From Chlamydiia bacterium (GTDB lineage: Bacteria; Chlamydiota; Chlamydiia; Chlamydiales; Parachlamydiaceae), in NCBI GenBank assembly GCA_038257035.1, contig JBBSJT010000070.1, forward strand, positions 1 to 12,448: a DNA stretch of 12,448 nt. Direction: 5' to 3'. The translations under genes were made by a program, and so were the position numbers. This document shows, piece by piece, positions 8,044-12,448 of this stretch; position 1 is the first letter of the stretch, and the number at the start of each line of letters is the position of its first letter. The notes under the pieces are model-generated. The model did no database searches. It was given only the letters and a program-made list of their open reading frames with translations, and had not been told where the DNA came from.

Positions 8044-8072
8044 ATTATACAGTTTTCAACAATAAACCGCAC
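8044..8072 (-). promoter_or_regulatory. Candidate promoter of lpxG-ispD-truA
   Basis: Perfect TATAAT (8049-8044) 6 nt before the ATG; only a weak -35 (GTGCGG, 8072-8067) at 17-nt spacing. Confidence 0.45.
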
Positions 8073-8085
8073 TTTTAATTTACTA

Positions 8086-8253
8086 ACTTCCCGATCCCTC
8101 AGTAACTGTCACTTTCGTGCCTGTGCCCGTGCCCGTGCCCGAATTAATTTAATTATATTCATAACAAAAAAAGAAAATAAGGAATTCAATTAATAAATCG
8201 GGCACAGGCACGTGCACGGGCACGGATATGAGAGTTATGAGGGATCGGGAAGT
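8086..8253. repeat. Inverted-repeat element with ~57-bp arms containing 4 x GTGCCC units
   Basis: Perfect 16-bp termini ACTTCCCGATCCCTCA (8086-8101) / TGAGGGATCGGGAAGT (8238-8253); hexamer arrays at 8117-8140 and 8200-8223; AT-rich spacer. Confidence 0.9.
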
Positions 8254-8285
8254 GGATGATTGACACGTAAACAAAATATTATTAG

Positions 8286-8309
8286 AGGGGGATAAGAAAT
8301 TATCCCCCT
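8286..8309 (-). terminator. Hairpin downstream of the SWIB gene, probable terminator
   Basis: AGGGGGATAA / TTATCCCCCT 10-bp stem with a 4-nt loop, 19 nt after the stop; U-tract is weak. Confidence 0.65.
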
Positions 8310-8328
8310 TAAAGATTAAGGGCGTGAA

Positions 8329-8637
8329 TTAACGAGAAGCAAGTTCCGGATCTTTCAAATGTTTTGAAATTTTGCTTGTCATTTTAAACATATCGATTGC
8401 ATCTGTCGAACCTAAAACTTTTGAAAGTTTAGCATCTGGATTGATGTTACGTTTGTTTTTAACATCTTGAAGTTTGTGCTTCTTGATGTAATCCCATAAT
8501 TTTTTTGTAACTTCTGTACGAGGCATTGGACCTTTACCAACAACTTCTGCTAGTGTATCACTAACTGAAACCGGCTTCATAAAGGCGGATGTTTTTTTTT
8601 CTTTTGTAGCTTCTTTAGTAGCTTCTTTAGTCATCAT
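8329..8637 (-). CDS. Stand-alone SWIB/MDM2-domain protein (CT460-like)
   Basis: FMKP...LAEVVG..PMPRTEVTKKLWDYIKKHKLQD..NKRNINPDAKL..V...IDMFKM is the SWIB signature; AGGAG RBS. Confidence 0.95.
   Translation of the reverse strand: MMTKEATKEATKEKKTSAFMKPVSVSDTLAEVVGKGPMPRTEVTKKLWDYIKKHKLQDVKNKRNINPDAKLSKVLGSTDAIDMFKMTSKISKHLKDPELASR
8599..8631. repeat. 12-nt tandem repeat (~2.75 copies) encoding TKEA-TKEA-TKE in the SWIB N-terminus
   Basis: TTCTTTTGTAGC TTCTTTAGTAGC TTCTTTAGT on the + strand. Confidence 0.8.
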
Positions 8638-8937
8638 TCACTCCTATTCTTTAAATTTAAGATGATTGCAGAGAAAGCGATCATATTTTTTTTTTTGATC
8701 GATTACCATGTAATGATACTTGTTTTATCGTTGTTTGCATTTTATAGTCAAAAGAATTTATTACAACTTGATTTTATAGAGAAATGATCAAATTTTTAGG
8801 GGCAACTTCAAAGAACTCCATAAAGCTATTTTAAGAGGTTAATTTTAAGTAACATATAAGGATAAGGAAAATGGTTTGCCAAAAAGAGTGTTTTCATGGC
8901 AAGCTACCTTCAGTTAACCCTAACTTTAAGGTTTTTC

Positions 8938-11154
8938 ATGGATACAAATCATAGATTAATAAAGTTCGAAAATCAAATAATACATCTGGAATCATATCTT
9001 GAAGAACTAAAAAAATTTGAATCCCTTAAGGATAAGCTTAATTTTTTTGATGAAACGACAGAAATTAAAAAGTTTCTTTCTTCTCATTCAGATTTTAGAA
9101 ATTTTTTTGAAGAATTAAAACCAAAAGAGCAGATGATGTTAAAATCTTTGGTGCTAATCGGCCAAGAGAATGTGCTTTTAAGTTTGATGCGTCAAAAAAA
9201 AATTGAAAAAGACTTTTTAGAAACATTATTGGAAATCAATCATTTTTATGATTCTTCTCACGGTTTGATATCTTATCAAATAACCATTTTAAAACTTATT
9301 TTAGATCAAGAGAGGTCAAATGGCGAGAAGTCAAATGGCGAGAAGTCAAATGGCGAGAAGCTACAAAGCCATTCATCATCCAAAGAGAAATTTTTAAAGC
9401 CACAAGGAGTTGATCTTTCTATTGATTCCAAATCCACCCGTGCCTTAATTAGAATAGGTTTGGAAAATCTAGACAAAATTTGTGAAATTTACCCAGTTGG
9501 TGGTGCAGGAGAGCGTCTTAAGTTAACATCTGCTGCAAACGAGCCTTTGCCGGTTGCAAAACTTCCCTTTCTTGGGCTTACTCTTTTAGAGGCACTTGTC
9601 AGAGACTTGCAAGGGCGTGAATTTCTTTACTTTAAATTGATAGGAAAACAACTTCTTACACCTATTGCGATGATGACTTCTGATGAAAATAATAACGATG
9701 AACATATCCGTCAACTATGTAAATCTAGGCACTGGTTTCATCGGGGCATTAAATCTTTTCATCTCTTTACACAACCTATGGTACCCGTAGTCACCGTGGA
9801 TGGGGATTGGCTCTTAACAGCAAATTTCAAGCTTATGTGCAAACCGAGCGGTCATGGAGTCATTTGGAAACTAGCTTCTGAAATGGGGATATTTAGTTGG
9901 TTTAAACAGCATGGAAGAACTAAAATGCTAAGCCGGCAAATTAATAACCCAATTGCAGGTGTCGATTCAGGGCTTCTTGGATTTTTAGGAGTAGGATTTA
10001 AAAAAAATAAAGTTTTTGGATTTGCCTCTTGCGATCGGGTTGTGGGCTCATCAGAGGGAATGGATGTTGTCATTGAGACCAAAACAGAAAATGGTTATGC
10101 CTATAAAATTACAAACGTGGAATATACCGAATTTGTAAAAAAAGGCATTGAAGATCAACCTGAAGAAGAAAATGGTAAAATTTCCAAGTTTCCTGCCAAT
10201 ACAAATATTTTATTTGTCGATATTTCAAAAGTTGATGAAGCGATCAAAAAACTTCCCATTCCGGGAATGCTTGTAAACCTAAAGTGTAGTTTGCCAATAA
10301 TTGATGGACAAGGGCAGCTTAAAAAAATAAAAGTTTCTCGTCTTGAGTCTACCATGCAAAATATTGCAGATGAAATAATTGATACATTCGATGAAAAATT
10401 AAAAGAAGAAGAGTACCAAAATTTAAGCAGCTATATTACTTTTAATGAAAGAAATAAAACCATAGCTGTAACAAAAAAATCATATTCAACTAAATGCTTC
10501 GAGGAAACACCACAATCGAGTTTCTATGAAATATTAAAAAATTCTCATGTCTTGCTTAAAAGTTATTGTGGAATGAGTCTTCCCTCTTTTTCTGACCCTG
10601 ATGTTTATTTAGCAGAGGGCCCATCCCTAATGGTTAATTACCATCCGGCCCTTGGACCAGATTTTTCAGTAATTGCCCAAAAGTTAAGAAAAGGACAAAT
10701 TGCAAAAAATAGCGAACTACAATTAGAAATAGCTGAATTAGACATGGAAAATCTTGAACTTGACGGAAGTTTACTTATTCATTCAGAGCATGTGTTGGGT
10801 TCAGATGATGAAATGGGAATTTTACAATATGGAAAGAATGTTTCAAAATGTTGTTTAAAAAATATAAAAGTTAAAAATTTCGGTATTAATCGAGAGGCCG
10901 ATAACCATTATTGGAAAAATGAAATTAAACGGCATGAATCTTTAAAAATTAATCTTCATGGCCATTCAGAATTTGTAGCTGAAAATGTAGAATTTAATGG
11001 AAATTTAAAATTTGATGTAATGGATGGGCAGCGCATGATTGTAACGATGCAAAATAACAAGCCTCATTACAGTATTGAAAAATTGGAAAAAAACTCCGAA
11101 TATTGGTCTTATGCTTTTGATGATGAAGACCGCATTATCTTAAAAAGGCAGTAA
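8938..11154 (+). CDS. UTP--glucose-1-phosphate uridylyltransferase, plant UGP3-like
   Basis: IYPVGGAGERL, TLLEALVRDLQGREFLYFK, TPIAMMTS, QPMVP, KPSGHGVIWKLA, FPANTNILF and RLESTMQNIAD motifs. ATG 8938 is preceded by AAGG; the ORF is open from 8896. Confidence 0.9.
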   Translation: MDTNHRLIKFENQIIHLESYLEELKKFESLKDKLNFFDETTEIKKFLSSHSDFRNFFEELKPKEQMMLKSLVLIGQENVLLSLMRQKKIEKDFLETLLEINHFYDSSHGLISYQITILKLILDQERSNGEKSNGEKSNGEKLQSHSSSKEKFLKPQGVDLSIDSKSTRALIRIGLENLDKICEIYPVGGAGERLKLTSAANEPLPVAKLPFLGLTLLEALVRDLQGREFLYFKLIGKQLLTPIAMMTSDENNNDEHIRQLCKSRHWFHRGIKSFHLFTQPMVPVVTVDGDWLLTANFKLMCKPSGHGVIWKLASEMGIFSWFKQHGRTKMLSRQINNPIAGVDSGLLGFLGVGFKKNKVFGFASCDRVVGSSEGMDVVIETKTENGYAYKITNVEYTEFVKKGIEDQPEEENGKISKFPANTNILFVDISKVDEAIKKLPIPGMLVNLKCSLPIIDGQGQLKKIKVSRLESTMQNIADEIIDTFDEKLKEEEYQNLSSYITFNERNKTIAVTKKSYSTKCFEETPQSSFYEILKNSHVLLKSYCGMSLPSFSDPDVYLAEGPSLMVNYHPALGPDFSVIAQKLRKGQIAKNSELQLEIAELDMENLELDGSLLIHSEHVLGSDDEMGILQYGKNVSKCCLKNIKVKNFGINREADNHYWKNEIKRHESLKINLHGHSEFVAENVEFNGNLKFDVMDGQRMIVTMQNNKPHYSIEKLEKNSEYWSYAFDDEDRIILKRQ
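9316..9360 (+). repeat. Perfect in-frame 15-nt tandem repeat x3 (SNGEK)3
   Basis: TCAAATGGCGAGAAG at 9316, 9331 and 9346. Confidence 0.95.
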
Positions 11155-11201
11155 ATGAACCCTTACATTTGGACTTTATCATAAGGAGAGAGTTGTTTTT
11201 T

Positions 11202-11415
11202 TGCTAAGGTCCGGAGGACCTCTCTCTTTGTAGCCCATACCAAACGCGAGGGAGCTTGCGACCGAAGACGTGCAGGTGTGGGTTAAGTGAAAATAAAACA
11301 ACTCCTGAAGGAGTTACTAATATATGTATCCATACCCACACCTGCACGTCTTCGTTCGCAAGCTCACTTGCGTTTGGTATGGGCTACAGAGAGAGAGGTC
11401 CACCGGACCTTAGCA
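11202..11415. mobile_element. Long inverted-repeat element (82-bp arms), REPIN/MITE-like, non-autonomous
   Basis: 11202-11283 and 11334-11415 are reverse complements with 5 mismatches. Arms contain nested hairpins and a GTAG motif; the 50-nt spacer has its own hairpin. The repeat is certain, mobility is inferred. Confidence 0.7.
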
Positions 11416-11455
11416 CATAATGTGTCTGACTGTATGAATCACTGCCTTTAGGTAT

Positions 11456-11881
11456 TTACGGTAGTAAAATCACTCTTGCAAGTGTTGCACATAAAACAGC
11501 GGTTGCGATCAAGATATGTGGCATCAAAGCAGAAACGTGACCATCCATAATGGGGTCCTCAGGAATTCTAACAGTTTTTCTATCTTTGCCGTTTTCATCT
11601 TTAGTCGTTTCAATGCTTGCAAGCAGCCTTGGATTATTGATATATTCTTTGTAAGTTGGAGTATTGATATAATTTATATGATTTGAATAGGCATGTTGCA
11701 TTAAACCACAGAAAATACCTACCCCAATAACAGCATGTGTGTATTTGCTAAAAAGAACCTTTGATGCAGCAGTTGCAACAGCTGATTTAGCTGGCAATTG
11801 ACTCCAAAAAGAGGTGGCTTGTATTTTAGCTGCAATTGTAGAAAATGTGTGGTAAGCATTAGTTTTAATAGATGCGATCAT
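11456..11881 (-). CDS. Hypothetical membrane protein, tandem paralog A (141 aa)
   Basis: Clear paralog of 11951-12382; two hydrophobic segments; AAGGA RBS. Confidence 0.85.
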   Translation of the reverse strand: MIASIKTNAYHTFSTIAAKIQATSFWSQLPAKSAVATAASKVLFSKYTHAVIGVGIFCGLMQHAYSNHINYINTPTYKEYINNPRLLASIETTKDENGKDRKTVRIPEDPIMDGHVSALMPHILIATAVLCATLARVILLP

Positions 11882-11905
11882 GGGATTCCTTTTGATTTTA
11901 AATAT

Positions 11906-11944
11906 AAAAAAAACAGTGGCAATTTTTATTTTACCACTGTTTTT
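11906..11944 (-). terminator. Intrinsic terminator after paralog B
   Basis: AAAAACAGTGG (11909-11919) / CCACTGTTTTT (11934-11944); A8 at 11906-11913 gives a U-tract on the minus strand. Confidence 0.75.
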
Positions 11945-11950
11945 AATAAT

Positions 11951-12382
11951 TTACGGTAGTAAAATTACTCTTGCAATTGTAGCAGATAAAGCTGCAGTTG
12001 CAATTAGTCCCGGTAGAATTACAGCAGAAACTTTACCTTTAAGAGTATGGTTGAACTCTGTAATTAGTTCTTTGTTTGTCACGAAATTATTTTGGTCGTC
12101 TAAAATAGCTTCATTATTGGCATCCAACATCACAGTCTCTAATTCAATTGCCTTAGTTGGGTTTTTCATGTAATTTTGGTAGTTTGAGTAAGCACGTTTT
12201 GCTGCAGCACAAAAAATACCTACGCCAATAACAGCATGTGTGTATTTGCTAAATACAACATTTGACGCTACAGCTGTAACAGCTGATTTTGAAGGTAATT
12301 GCTGCCAAAGAGATGTTGCTTGAATTTTAGCTGCAACTGTATTAAATGCATTGTAAGCACTAGTTTTAATAGATGTGATCAT
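11951..12382 (-). CDS. Hypothetical membrane protein, tandem paralog B (143 aa)
   Basis: Paralog of 11456-11881; AAGGAG RBS; shared C-terminus ARVILLP. Confidence 0.85.
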   Translation of the reverse strand: MITSIKTSAYNAFNTVAAKIQATSLWQQLPSKSAVTAVASNVVFSKYTHAVIGVGIFCAAAKRAYSNYQNYMKNPTKAIELETVMLDANNEAILDDQNNFVTNKELITEFNHTLKGKVSAVILPGLIATAALSATIARVILLP

Positions 12383-12448
12383 TATGACTCCTTTAAAGTT
12401 ATAAATATTTTTATCAGGTTTTAATTAATTTAATTTTAACCTGATCAT

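Noticed and set aside
7933..8193. 86-aa ORF with RACARARAR
   Set aside because: Translation of the GTGCCC array, partly antisense to lpxG.
9852..10355. Minus-strand ORFs 9852-10082 and 10155-10355
   Set aside because: Antisense shadows of the UGPase.
5498..11415. CRISPR array or autonomous IS as the explanation for the repeats
   Set aside because: The repeats are inverted pairs rather than regularly spaced direct repeats, and there is no cas, transposase, integrase or reverse transcriptase gene in the window.
11880..12173. 97-aa + strand ORF
   Set aside because: Antisense to paralog B and spanning a terminator.

Overview
AT-rich bacterial window, almost certainly from an environmental member of the Chlamydiae. 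The centre (3896-8637) is a conserved chlamydial block whose order matches my recollection of C. trachomatis CT465-CT460: M15-like lipoprotein, HAD hydrolase, truA, ispD, lpxG-type metallophosphoesterase and a stand-alone SWIB protein. It is followed by a plant-UGP3-like UDP-glucose pyrophosphorylase. To the left, downstream of tRNA-Leu(CAA), are four accessory genes (alpha/beta hydrolase, PTPMT1-like phosphatase, P-loop kinase, SRPBCC protein). They are bracketed by a degenerate direct repeat of the tRNA terminator and 3' end. At the right end are two tandem paralogous small membrane proteins with conserved termini and an unalignable central loop. The most unusual signal is non-coding: three unrelated, GC-rich, long inverted-repeat elements (5498-5600, 8086-8253, 11202-11415) with internal tandem units or nested hairpins. 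They resemble non-autonomous REP/REPIN/MITE-type elements, and no transposase is present in the window. All protein calls come from reading motifs; no database search was run.
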